Shown here in pieces: positions 1-10,064 of a stretch of DNA of 64,000 nt (position 1 is its first letter; each line of letters opens with the position of its first letter). The position numbers and the translations under genes are program-made. The stretch is from Pelagomonas calceolata. Taxonomy: Eukaryota. Below the pieces are notes generated by a model that saw only the letters and a list, made by a program, of their open reading frames with translations, ran no database searches and was not told the origin of the DNA. Location of the stretch: positions 4,712,001 through 4,776,000 of the forward strand of contig CAKKNE010000004.1 of NCBI GenBank assembly GCA_918797485.1, written 5' to 3'.

Positions 1-2
1 TC

Positions 3-1529
3 GTCGAGGACGACGATCTGTTGAGGGAGGTCGACCAGGACGACACGCTGTGGTCGCTGGTCGAAGATCTGCCGGTCGTGGCGGACCCGATCCTCGCGGC
101 GGTCGCGCCGGACGTCGCCGTCGAAGCCGACGAGGACGCGATAACACGGAGAAAAGTGAGGATGCGCGCCCTACCTTTGTTCGTGGTCTGGCTCGCGGCG
201 CCGACGCTATCGTTGATCGACACGGCGGTCGTCGGGCGCTTCGCGAAGGGCCCTGCTGCCGCCGCGGCGCTCGCGCCGGCCGTGTCCTTCTCCGATTCTC
301 TAGCCTATCTGATGACGTTTTTAGCTATCAAGACGACGTCGAGGGTCGCTACTTATGTGGCGAATCACGACGGCCGAGGGGCTCGCTTAGCCGCACGAGA
401 AGGCCTCTGGCTGTCGGCCATTGTCGGTAGTCTGATGGCCCTGTCCGGGGAACTCGGCGGCGCCGCCGGGACCCTGAGGAGCGTCTATGTCACGGGACGG
501 ACCGCGGCGGTCCTAGCTCCGGCGACGACGTACTGTAGGATACGGGGCGCAGCCATGCCATTGCAACTGATGTGGCAGACGGCGCAGGCGGCGTCGATCG
601 CGCGCGGCGACGCGACGGCTCCGTTACGAGCCTGCGGCTGGGCGGCGTTGTTCAATGTCGTCGGGGATATAGTGCTGGTGGCCGGTTTGGGCCTTGGCGT
701 CGCCGGCGCAGCCTTAGCGACGGCCCTGTCGATGCTCGTTGGGTGTGCAGCACAGCTACGTTCATTGAACAAACTGGAAACAACCGAAAGGCTGCAGGAG
801 GCTGTGTTTCAGAACGACCAGCTCGATCCAGCTGGATGTGACAGAGCGCTGGAAAAGGAAGCAAGGCCTTCCCTCGGGGCGCTCTGCCGGTTGTTCGGGG
901 ACGCCCTACCCATCTTCGCGACGCTCTTCTCGAAAACGGTGGTAGGTGTGGTCTTGGTCGCGGCGGCCGCTGGGGCTTCTTTAGCCGAGTTGGCCTCCCA
1001 TCAAATAGCCAACGGGTTGTTCTTATTGTTTGCACCGTTCGCGGATGCTTTGAGCGCCGCCTCGCAGTCCCTGGCGCCGCGCGCGCTGCGACGAGCGAAG
1101 CAGCGGCCGCGCGTCGTGCTCTCCACTGTGCTGAGAGAAACAGGCGTCGCCGCCACCGTCGCCTTCGGCCTGACCTGGGGCTTGGCCGCGTGCGGCGGGT
1201 CGCTGTTCTCGGCGAACCCCTTCGTGCACGCGACACTTGCAAAGCTGGGGCCGTGGATCGGCGCCTCCCTCGGCGTTTATGTCTTGAACACGGTCTTCGA
1301 GGGGACGCTGTTCGCGTTCGGCCACGCGCGGTGGATTGGAGCGCTCATGCCGTTCAACGCTCTGGCCGTGGCCGTGGCCCTGCTCTCGAAGAGCGTGCGC
1401 GGCACGCCGGAGACGTGCTTGATCCGGTCGTGGATCGTCTTCGTGGCCTACCAGGTCTGGCGCGTGCCGCAGCTTGCTTTAATAGCGCGCATGCCCAAGG
1501 ACGTCCTCGCGTCGACGTCGGACGACTAG
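3..1529 (+). CDS. MATE-family (DinF-like) transporter, 5' end probably outside the window
   Basis: Frame is open from position 3. Motifs LSLIDTAVVGR, YCRIRGAAMP, NVVGDIVLV..GVAGAALAT and LASHQI, plus many hydrophobic helices. Confidence 0.85.
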   Translation, partial: VEDDDLLREVDQDDTLWSLVEDLPVVADPILAAVAPDVAVEADEDAITRRKVRMRALPLFVVWLAAPTLSLIDTAVVGRFAKGPAAAAALAPAVSFSDSLAYLMTFLAIKTTSRVATYVANHDGRGARLAAREGLWLSAIVGSLMALSGELGGAAGTLRSVYVTGRTAAVLAPATTYCRIRGAAMPLQLMWQTAQAASIARGDATAPLRACGWAALFNVVGDIVLVAGLGLGVAGAALATALSMLVGCAAQLRSLNKLETTERLQEAVFQNDQLDPAGCDRALEKEARPSLGALCRLFGDALPIFATLFSKTVVGVVLVAAAAGASLAELASHQIANGLFLLFAPFADALSAASQSLAPRALRRAKQRPRVVLSTVLRETGVAATVAFGLTWGLAACGGSLFSANPFVHATLAKLGPWIGASLGVYVLNTVFEGTLFAFGHARWIGALMPFNALAVAVALLSKSVRGTPETCLIRSWIVFVAYQVWRVPQLALIARMPKDVLASTSDD

Positions 1530-1616
1530 CGCGAAGAGCGCTCTTTCTTTTTCGCCCCGCTGTAGTGGTGTCTCCGAGAAAATAAGTATATTGTACATTT
1601 TATCTTATCACACAAC

Positions 1617-3410
1617 TCACCCCCAGACCAACGGCAGCGTGACGTCGCCGTCGGGTCCAATAGCAGGCATCTCGCGAACCGCCGGCACGTCGACGGCGTC
1701 CCACGCGTCTAGTTTGGCAATGCGGGCGGTCACGACGATGCGTGCTCCCGTCCGCGGCGGAGCGCCAGGCGTGTGGTGGACGGCGTGCTTGGCGTGCGGC
1801 TGGAGGCCCTCCCGCTGCAGATGAACCAACGCGTCGGTGGTCGGGAGCGTCCGGGCGGCGCCCAATTTCCTTTCCAAACCACTGTCCTCCCAGTTCTGGA
1901 CCGGTTTCCAGCGCACACAGTCGGCGCCCGAGTCCGTCTGCGCTTTCTCGTACAATATAAGCGTCGCCACTGCCTGCCGCGGGGCGAGCGTCGTCTGCGC
2001 CTTCTGCTGAGGCACTTGGTCCTGGTGCCACCAGAAACCGCTACCTCTGCGCCGTGCAGAGATAATCAGAGAGTTAAAGCCCGGGGCCGCGACTGGGCAG
2101 AGATGCGCCGCGGCGTAGACGACGCCGAGCGCTCGGCACATCTTACGGGAGAGGTCGTCGTGGCGCCTCGCTTTCAGCAACCTCGCGGTCGCGTCGCCTA
2201 TTACCATTGGGGCCCCAATACATGCGACGAGCTTTTCAGACTGCTCCGCATCACGCTCCGCTTCAAAGTCCGAATCACGGCACCAGAAGGACGTCTCGGC
2301 GACCCGCGCGCGGATCTCGTCGAGAAATGAGTCGATAAAGCACCCTCCAGCGCCGTGGATCGCGCCGTCGAGCTTGTCCCTGATCTTCCGCACGTCGCGT
2401 GTCGTGGATGCGAGGTTGTCGAGGGGGCCCGCGACCGTCCAGTCGCGTGGCGGCCGGAGGCCCAGGGAAGCGTACCATCGGGCATCTTCGGCCGGTGCGA
2501 GGCCGAGCTTCGCTAGCGCTGCGTCTGCCGGCGGCCACGACGCGGCAGAGCGCTCCTCGGCGTCCACGGTGCCCACATCACCGTACGGAACCCAGCCGAG
2601 GGGTACCGCATCTCCTGGTGCCCGGTAGTCGCGAACCACGGAGCCATCGCGTACCGTAGCCCCAGTCGCAGGGTCCCAATCCAGGCGTGCCGTCGGCGCG
2701 TCCCCGTGTCTTTCAGCCCACCGGACCGCGTCTTCGCAGTCGCGTCGCGAGGCCGTTAACGACGCCTCGCCGACGTCGAGCGCCGACGCGAGGCCCGCAA
2801 GGACTGCGGCCGGGCCGCGCAGCGTCGTCACCGCCAAGACATCGAACGCATCCTCCTCGGCGGCGCAGCATACGCAGCTCGCGATCGTTACGACGCCCTC
2901 GTCAATTAAAGGTGCCAACGCCGCCGCCGCACCGCGCCGCAAGAAGCCCAGTTGGACCGGAGCGAGGTCGCCCGGAATCCAGGCCTCTATCGCGTTGGCG
3001 TCGTGCTCGTTTGGCTCGCGCCGCAGCGTCACCGCAGCGCCCTCCCGGAGGAACCGGTGGCCGTCCCTGTAGCGCAGGCCCACGACCTGCAACTCCAGGC
3101 TCGTCGTGGCTGCGTTCTCGTCCTGGGCCGGCGGCGCGGCCGGCGACGCGACGTTCGTCGGCGATGATTCGCGCGCCGGTTCTTCGGGCGCGGGCGGCTC
3201 GTCCGAGGGCGGCGTCGCGGCGACGAGCGCTGCGGTCTTGAAGCCGCGTGGGGCTTCCGCCGCTGGCCTCGCATCGCTCGGTTGGAGGCGCGCGAGCAGC
3301 GACGCCTCATCGCTGCCAGAAGAGGCAGGCGTCGTGGCGGGAGACGTCTTTGACTTCTTTTGCGTAGGAGTTGGGATGCGGAACCGACGAGTATTGCTGC
3401 CGCGCTTCAT
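1617..3410 (-). CDS. HIRAN domain + C-terminal AlkB-like 2OG-Fe(II) oxygenase
   Basis: HIRAN-like VVGLRYR..VTLRREPNEHDANAIEAW..LGFL..AAALAPLID. C-terminal FNSLII..WHQD (HxD)..HAV (distal H)..RIVVTAR (RxxxxxR). Confidence 0.7.
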   Translation of the reverse strand: MKRGSNTRRFRIPTPTQKKSKTSPATTPASSGSDEASLLARLQPSDARPAAEAPRGFKTAALVAATPPSDEPPAPEEPARESSPTNVASPAAPPAQDENAATTSLELQVVGLRYRDGHRFLREGAAVTLRREPNEHDANAIEAWIPGDLAPVQLGFLRRGAAAALAPLIDEGVVTIASCVCCAAEEDAFDVLAVTTLRGPAAVLAGLASALDVGEASLTASRRDCEDAVRWAERHGDAPTARLDWDPATGATVRDGSVVRDYRAPGDAVPLGWVPYGDVGTVDAEERSAASWPPADAALAKLGLAPAEDARWYASLGLRPPRDWTVAGPLDNLASTTRDVRKIRDKLDGAIHGAGGCFIDSFLDEIRARVAETSFWCRDSDFEAERDAEQSEKLVACIGAPMVIGDATARLLKARRHDDLSRKMCRALGVVYAAAHLCPVAAPGFNSLIISARRRGSGFWWHQDQVPQQKAQTTLAPRQAVATLILYEKAQTDSGADCVRWKPVQNWEDSGLERKLGAARTLPTTDALVHLQREGLQPHAKHAVHHTPGAPPRTGARIVVTARIAKLDAWDAVDVPAVREMPAIGPDGDVTLPLVWG

Positions 3411-3891
3411 TACTCCTTGCTCTCAAGTCGCGCAGGCTCAGTCGTGCAGTCAGTGCACAGCAGCACAGCGCCAAGCGCAGCGCTAGATGGAAGTATAAAT
3501 GCACTGCGAGCGGCGTTTCGCTCTCACAAATGGAGAACTTCCAACAGCGCACAAATATTTACGGATTTTATAAGCCGAGCTCTGAACTGGTGGCGCCCCG
3601 CAGGGCCGCGGGTTCAAAACTGGGAGAGCTAGCGTCACAGGTGCTAGGCCTCTCAGCCGCTCAACTCCTTCACAGCCAGCAGCTGTGTCGCTCGCGTGAA
3701 TCACGACGGTTTGACTCTGCATTGCAGTCGCGAGAGGCTCAACTCGCTGCGCCGCAAGAATCCGAGACGAATCTCGCGCCTCGGAGCTGCAGAGAGCTGC
3801 CCAGTGGCCAAGAGACAAATCAGAGATCAAATCTCGGAGAGCTGCACCAGTGGCCAGACAAATGCCATAAAGGACGTAAAAAAACAAAACC

Positions 3892-6678
3892 ATGGGCGCG
3901 AAATCCTCAAAGGTCGTCAGCGAGGCGCCGTCGTCGCGCAGCTCCTTCGAGCGCATGGCGTCGGTGCGCGACTACTTCACGGCGCGCATCACGCCGCTCG
4001 AGGACGTGACGCCGCCGGCGCCGCCGCTCGTCGTCGTGCTGCGCGGCCACACGAAGTTCGTCACGGACGTCGTGGAATTGGCCGACTCGAGGATCGCGTC
4101 GGCGTCCGAGGACCGCACCATCAGGGTGTGGAGCCTCGCGGAGGACGGCACGGCCGACGGGAAGCCCGACGTGCTGTCCGGCCATACGGACGCCGTGCGT
4201 TGTCTGGTTGCGCTCAAGGACGGCCGCCTCGCCAGCGGATCAAGAGACAAGACGGTGCGCATCTGGGATATATCAGAAAACCCAACGGCGCCGATCATCC
4301 TAAAAGGGCACGAGGGCTACGTCTGGAAGCTCGCCGAGTTGGCTGATGGTCGCCTCGCCTCGGGCTCCTGGGACAAGACGATCCGGATCTGGGACTTGTC
4401 AGGTGATGCTGCCCCGCTCGTCGTGCCGCACGGCGACGCCGTCCGCGGCATGTTGGCGCTGAAGGATGGGAGACTAGCGACGGGCGGCGGCAAGGACGGC
4501 ATGATCAACGTCTGGAATGTTGATTCCCAAAGCTGCACGAAGGCGCTCGAATTAGCGAGCCACCCCAAATATGTGGCAGCTCTAGCGGAGCTCCCCGGTC
4601 AACGATTAGCGGCGGGCGGCGGCGACGCGGGAAGGAGGGGCGAGGGTTTTCATATTCGCATCTTCGACCTGAATGACGGGCCGCATCAGGCGCCCAAGGT
4701 GCTGCGTGGCCGCGCCGACGTCTGGAGTCTGGTGACGCTGGACGACGGCCGGCTGGCGGCGGGCGGCCCCGACGGTGTTAGGGTGTGGGACTTGGACAAC
4801 GAGGAGAGACGACCTATTGGATTTGCGGGCCAGGCCACGGTCGACGGCATGGCGTCACTCAAGGACGGCACGCTCGCTTCTGGTGGTGATGATGGTACGA
4901 TCCGCGTTCATAGGGTGAAGACCTACGAGTACTATAGGGAGATCCTGCGAGTTACGGAAGACGTGGCGCGGAAGTGGTTCGCCGAGGACCGGTTAGGGGA
5001 GTTGTTCGACGCTTCTGTATTACAATATGATGAGCTCCTGACGATCGACGACGACGACGCGCCCACCGGCTTAGGAGCGGTCGCATCTAGAGCAGTGGTC
5101 ACGCAAGCGCGAAACTTGGACGCCATCGCCACGACATTGAAGAGTGCGCCTTCCTCTAAAAGGGACGCTTGCATCGACGACCTCGCGCCGCGCGTCTTAC
5201 GCTTAGTCAAGGACGAAGAACTACTACTAACGTTCGAGCAGCGTTTGGTGAGCAAGAGCGCCGTCGAGCAGCTCACGCCGTCGCCCCTGTTCCGGGTCGT
5301 GCTGAATTTCAAGTTCGTCGCGGGGCCGCGCTTCGTGCTGTGGTTGGACATCATCCTCTTCCTCACGCTCTTCGTCTCGTTCACGCGGCTCACGATCGTC
5401 GGTTACGGGTACAAGGGGCTGCACGGTCATAACATCGAGCGGTGGTACAGGGGCGAGAAGACCGTCGAGATTATTCTAGGTTTTATCATCCTGACGTACT
5501 ATTCATTGAAAGAGGCGCTCAACGTGTATTATGATCGGAAGCGGGAGTTAGCGGTAAGGCACTCGGACGCGCGTAATTGCTTCTTCAAGCTCTTCGGGCA
5601 GGCGAAGCTGCCTCCCTTGTTTACGACGGGGCCCCAAGCACTTAGGTCACTTACGAAACTCCTCGTGTATGCGGTCAAGGGGCCCCTGTCCTGGCGCAAG
5701 AAGCTCTCGTTGATTCCGAGGATTGTGCTTTCAATAATTGCGGTGCTGCTGTTCCTGCCCCTGTCGTGCTTGCCGGGGCGAAGTGTGAAGGCCTTTGTGT
5801 TTGGGGTGGTCCCTTCCATACTGTACAACACGTTATCGTTGTTGGGCTTACCGCGCGCGTGGCGCTCGTCGCTCTGGAACTGGATCGAGGTCACGTCCCT
5901 CGTACTGTCGTGGACGTCCTTCGCCCGAGCGGCTCTTAGTAGAATCCCCGTGAACCTCGCCGTCGCGACAGCATTATTTCTGTGGTTCGAGGTCTTTGAC
6001 TACCTGCGCTATTCTGCGGTCAACGAGGAGCTTGCTGCTTTTGTATTGATGATCGGGCAGATCTTATTGAAGCTCGCGGTCTTCATGTTTGTGTTTGTGC
6101 TCATCCTGATGATGTTCACAAATTTATTTTATCTGCGGATGGGGAACCGGCACATCAAGCGCTACTTCGATTTACACGACGACGCGCCCAACTACTTGGA
6201 CCACCCGTTCAACAATCTGCTCAAGTCGTTCTACTCCGTGCTGTTATTGGCTTTTGCGCAGGAGTTCGACCCGGATATATTTCATACGACGATCGATCGG
6301 GTCATCTTCGTGTTCTACCTGTTCATTATTGTTATAGTGCTCCTCAATGTCTTAATTGCGATCGTGAACTCGCAGTACGCGGACACTTCAGCGAGAGCCA
6401 CGAAGTTATTTTATCGCGGCCGCTTTGAGTTGGTTGCGGAGACGTCGGATTTCTTGCGGATGCTGCCGCGGCGGCGCAACATCCACTCGGAGACGATCCA
6501 ACAGGTCGCCGCGATGATCAAGCGCGAGGTTAATAGAGGTACCGTCCGCGACGCCATTAGGGGAGAGGACTTGAGGGAAGAGGTCCTGCGCATCCAGCGC
6601 GAGACCGACGCGAAACTGCTGGAGATGCAGGCCAAGATGGACGCTATATTGAATGCCGTGACTAGTAATAATTCATAG
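3892..6678 (+). CDS. WD40-repeat protein fused to a TRP-like 6TM cation-channel domain
   Basis: About 7 GH..LADGRLASGSWDKTIRIWD-type repeats. C-terminal half has WNWIE, a pore-helix-like segment, an S6-like VLLNVLIAIVNSQY and a terminal coiled coil. N-terminal MGAKSS fits a myristoylation pattern. Confidence 0.8.
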   Translation: MGAKSSKVVSEAPSSRSSFERMASVRDYFTARITPLEDVTPPAPPLVVVLRGHTKFVTDVVELADSRIASASEDRTIRVWSLAEDGTADGKPDVLSGHTDAVRCLVALKDGRLASGSRDKTVRIWDISENPTAPIILKGHEGYVWKLAELADGRLASGSWDKTIRIWDLSGDAAPLVVPHGDAVRGMLALKDGRLATGGGKDGMINVWNVDSQSCTKALELASHPKYVAALAELPGQRLAAGGGDAGRRGEGFHIRIFDLNDGPHQAPKVLRGRADVWSLVTLDDGRLAAGGPDGVRVWDLDNEERRPIGFAGQATVDGMASLKDGTLASGGDDGTIRVHRVKTYEYYREILRVTEDVARKWFAEDRLGELFDASVLQYDELLTIDDDDAPTGLGAVASRAVVTQARNLDAIATTLKSAPSSKRDACIDDLAPRVLRLVKDEELLLTFEQRLVSKSAVEQLTPSPLFRVVLNFKFVAGPRFVLWLDIILFLTLFVSFTRLTIVGYGYKGLHGHNIERWYRGEKTVEIILGFIILTYYSLKEALNVYYDRKRELAVRHSDARNCFFKLFGQAKLPPLFTTGPQALRSLTKLLVYAVKGPLSWRKKLSLIPRIVLSIIAVLLFLPLSCLPGRSVKAFVFGVVPSILYNTLSLLGLPRAWRSSLWNWIEVTSLVLSWTSFARAALSRIPVNLAVATALFLWFEVFDYLRYSAVNEELAAFVLMIGQILLKLAVFMFVFVLILMMFTNLFYLRMGNRHIKRYFDLHDDAPNYLDHPFNNLLKSFYSVLLLAFAQEFDPDIFHTTIDRVIFVFYLFIIVIVLLNVLIAIVNSQYADTSARATKLFYRGRFELVAETSDFLRMLPRRRNIHSETIQQVAAMIKREVNRGTVRDAIRGEDLREEVLRIQRETDAKLLEMQAKMDAILNAVTSNNS

Positions 6679-6686
6679 TTAGATAA

Positions 6687-7433
6687 CTACTCGCTCTTCG
6701 CGGGCGGCAGCCGCACCTCGCCCACCAGGTGCCAGGGAATCTTCACCATGCGGCCCTTGACGTTGATGACGACGTCCGTCGTGGTCCGCTCCTGGAGCCG
6801 CCCCTCGATGGTGCGCTCCTCGCCGCCCTCGATGGGGTTCAGCGTCCGCACGGTGACGTCAAAGCCCTTGAAGGCCTCGAAGGCCGCTTGCGTCGTGATC
6901 AGGTCGGACGCGCCCGGCGACGTGACCTCAACCCCATGACGCGCGAGCACGCGCAAATCGTCGTCGCGCGGCTCGAGCGCGGCCACGACAGCTCTTGAAG
7001 CGTCGGCCGTCTCCTCGGCGTCGGGCGCCTCGCCATTTGACTTCTTGACCGTCAAGCGTAGGACTCCTGGCTCCCAGAACACGTCCGCGCACTCCAAGCC
7101 GATGGCGGCGATGGCCTCCCGACAAATCTGGGCCGCCTCCGTCCGCCAGGGCGCCTCCAATTCGTCGTCCGTGCCGTCGAAGTCTCCCACGTACGGCGAC
7201 GCGTCGTACTCCTTCTTATCTATTTTCATCTCCGGCAGCTCGCGCTCTTCTATTTCCTCTAAGTCGATGCCGCCTTTTAACAATTCGTCGACGTCGGCGC
7301 TCTCCATCCATTTCCTTACATCGGCCTCGGTGACGTCGTCGTTGTCGCCTTTGACTGTTGTGCGTCGGAGGCGCGGCGGCGGCGTTACGTATAACGCGGT
7401 CGCGGCGGCGAAGAGCGCTAGGAGGCGCTGCAT
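6687..7433 (-). CDS. rimP: Ribosome maturation factor RimP, probably plastid-targeted
   Basis: VEVTSPGASDLI..FEAFKGFDVTV..IEGRL..INVKGRMVKIP. Start placed at the presequence MQRLLALFAAATAL. Confidence 0.8.
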   Translation of the reverse strand: MQRLLALFAAATALYVTPPPRLRRTTVKGDNDDVTEADVRKWMESADVDELLKGGIDLEEIEERELPEMKIDKKEYDASPYVGDFDGTDDELEAPWRTEAAQICREAIAAIGLECADVFWEPGVLRLTVKKSNGEAPDAEETADASRAVVAALEPRDDDLRVLARHGVEVTSPGASDLITTQAAFEAFKGFDVTVRTLNPIEGGEERTIEGRLQERTTTDVVINVKGRMVKIPWHLVGEVRLPPAKSE

Positions 7434-7801
7434 CGTTGATGAGCTGCAGTTCCTGGACGGTGCAACGCTTCTGCGTAATGAGCAAATGCAATGGAGCTCA
7501 GCAGCGATGCCGTTTATACGCAACCGCGATAAATGAGAGAAAGCGGCGACTGAGTGCAAATTGCAGTGCGCAAGGTGAAAGAGCGGAGAGATGCGCAAAC
7601 TCAGTGGATTCGAGCCAACAACGACCGCGAGCGCACTGCAGTTGCAGTGGTGCGAGCCTGCGGCTGTCTTACAGCAGTTATCGCGAGCACCGCCGCCTGG
7701 ACAAGCGCTGCTGCTGCTGCTCGCTAGTATGTTACAGCGCTAGCCCAGACAGTCCTCGTAGCAATATATCCGATCGGAAAGACAAAAGACGGTTACAAAA
7801 G

Positions 7802-9775
7802 CTACGACGAACGACGCGAATGATCCCACTCATCGAGGTGGTCGAGCGGCTCGAGCGCCGACGTCTCGTCGACGTAGACGAGGCAGTCGTATTGTTCCGG
7901 AACGCGTGAGTCGATGTAGTGCCGCCGCCGCTCGTCATCCGATATGTAGTTCACGCCGACGAAGCGCTGGGGGCGCGGGGCGCGGAGCGCGTCCACGATG
8001 CGCGCGTCGTCACCTGGCATCCCCAAATTGAGGACCTTCGGCCTGTGCGGAAATCAATCAGTGTGTCGGGTCGACGCGAAGATTCAGCACAATTTTGATT
8101 TCCACACAGACTTCGAGCCCTGGGTGCGCGGCGTAGTTGGCGTGCAGGAGCGCCTCGGCGGACGAAGGCAAAGCCGGCTTGAGGACGTGCTTCAAAGGCA
8201 ACTCGCTCCCCCGCTCCGGCAGCGCGGTCACGTGGCCGGAATACGTCGAGAAGCCCACGATCGCGGCGCCGGCGCCGAACGTCTCGCGACATAGGTATCC
8301 GATATTCCACTGCCGCGCGTGCGCCGTCGCCCGGCCGTCGCCGACGTGGCTGTTGTGGGCCAGGACCGCTACGCGCGGCGGCGCGCCCCGCAACAATTCC
8401 AGGTCCTGCCGCAGCTTCAGCACACTATTCGCCATGTGCTGGTCGCGCACGGACCACGTCACGTCGGGCTCGGTCAGCCGCTTCGCGTAGAACTGCTGGG
8501 CGCTGACCACGACCTCCGCGTTGCGCTCGGCGTTGAAGTGACGCTCTGCGTCGCCGAGATCCCAATATTCATACCGCTTCGCTTGGAGCTCAGCCAGCAC
8601 GCGTTCGCAGCCGTCCCTCGTCGCGTCGACGCGCTGACTTGCGCCGCGCGCGTCGAGGCGCGCGTCCTCGAGGCAGGCTTTCGAGTACTCCTCCTCGGAC
8701 GCCGCGATGAAGCAGCCGTACCTATCCGCCGCCGTTCTACTCGCTGGTGGGTCTACCAATTCGAGATATTCGACCACCATTCGCGCCGACGCCCTGGCGC
8801 TGAAGAGGTCGAGCCCCGCGAACCCGCAGGCCGCGGCCGATGATGCGTTTCTCTCCCTCAGCCACTCGACGAAGTGCACGACCTCCTTGTTCCGCCAGAG
8901 CCACGGTGTGGTACCGCGGCCGCCCGTGAAGCCGCGCAGCGCCTCCTCCGCCGTACGGGCCGACGACGTCCCGCGCACGTAGGCATCGACGCGCGCCGCC
9001 GCGACGCAGTCCCCCTCAATGGCTACGACGGACCTATGTAAAAATCAAATTTCGCGGCGCTTCTCGCATGCGGCTGAATCATAACATCCGCGCCATCGAC
9101 GCGACGCCTGCTCGATAATTTCCACACAGCGCCGGACACGCCCTTCAGTTCGATCAGCGACTGGACCAATTCGAAGCGTAGCGCATAGTAATCGCGTGTG
9201 CCGTGTGTCGATTCTCCGAGCAGGAAGACCTCGGCCGGCGCCGCGATGGCCTCGAGGACGCCGTCGAGCCAGTGGCTCCGCGGCGTCGGCGCCGGCGCGA
9301 GCCGCGCGTCGTCGTCGACGAAGAAGGCACCGCCGTCCTCGAGGTCCACGCGCCAGCCGGCGCCGCGCCGGCACGCGAGCCGGCCCCCTTGGTCGTCGAC
9401 GGTCACGCGCTGGCCCGCGTAGAAATCCGACCGCGGCGGCGGCCGCGCGTCGACCTCGAGGCCGTCGTCGGCTGGCGCGAGGCGCTGCGTCGAGACCCAG
9501 CCGTTTAATGGTGCACAGATGCGCGATCTTTCTACGACGCGCCCTTGGCGGCTGATTGATTGCTGCCCGTCGACGGTGCAGCGGTCGCCCGCCCGCAGCT
9601 CGCCGACCACCTCCGAATCCAATGCTGATGTCCGTCTCACGGTGCAATCGTTCGTGGCCACACATCTTCTTTCGGTGCGGTTAGACGGTTGCGCCCAAGA
9701 CGGAACCTGTTGCGCTGCCGGTGCGGGCGCGGGCGGCGGCGCTTCCAATTCGTTGAGGTTGACTTGTATTGGCAT
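7802..9775 (-). CDS. Erythromycin-esterase-family protein with an N-terminal SH3-like domain; exons 9775-9138, 9033-8119, 8042-7802
   Basis: GESTHGT, AIEGD, WLWRNKEV, WSVRDQHM, AHNSHVGD, QRFVGVNY and QYD motifs. The spliced exons total 1794 nt and stay in frame. Confidence 0.8.
8043..8118 (-). mobile_element. Introner-type intron (GC-AG); TIR element 8043-8109
   Basis: Ends CTGTGCGGAAATCAA / TTGATTTCCACACAG match at 14/15 as an inverted repeat. Removal with a GC donor restores the esterase frame. Degenerate TSD gctcgaagt/gccgaagg. Confidence 0.75.
9034..9137 (-). mobile_element. Introner-type intron (GT-AG); TIR element 9034-9129
   Basis: 8-bp TSD gtccggcg/gtccgtcg (7/8). TIR ctgtgtggaaat/atttttacatag. 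Splicing gives ELKGVSVVAIEGD. Confidence 0.85.
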
Positions 9776-9933
9776 CAGTGCTGCACTGCTGTCTTCGCTT
9801 GAGGAAGCAGCTGTGAGCTCTGCGTTGCCTCAGAGTGGAAGCAGTGTGAGTGCTTTATGTTTTTAGACCTAAGTTATATCTATGCACGTGAGCGGGCTCA
9901 GAGCACCGCAAATCAAGCTGCTCTCCCGGCTTC

Positions 9934-9955
9934 CTAGTGTCTTACAGACGCTAGC
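9934..9955. promoter_or_regulatory. CTAG-N-CTAG upstream motif
   Basis: CTAGTGTCTTACAGACGCTAGC, about 160 bp upstream of the esterase ATG. Recurs at several other 5' intergenic sites. Confidence 0.55.
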
Positions 9956-10064
9956 TGCCTAACACCAGCGCTGCGAGTTGGGTGAGCTGCGAGAGAGAGA
10001 GAGAGCTCTAATCGTAGACTTATACCCTTGCCACACCAGCTTAACGGGTCCGCCACCAGCTGTA

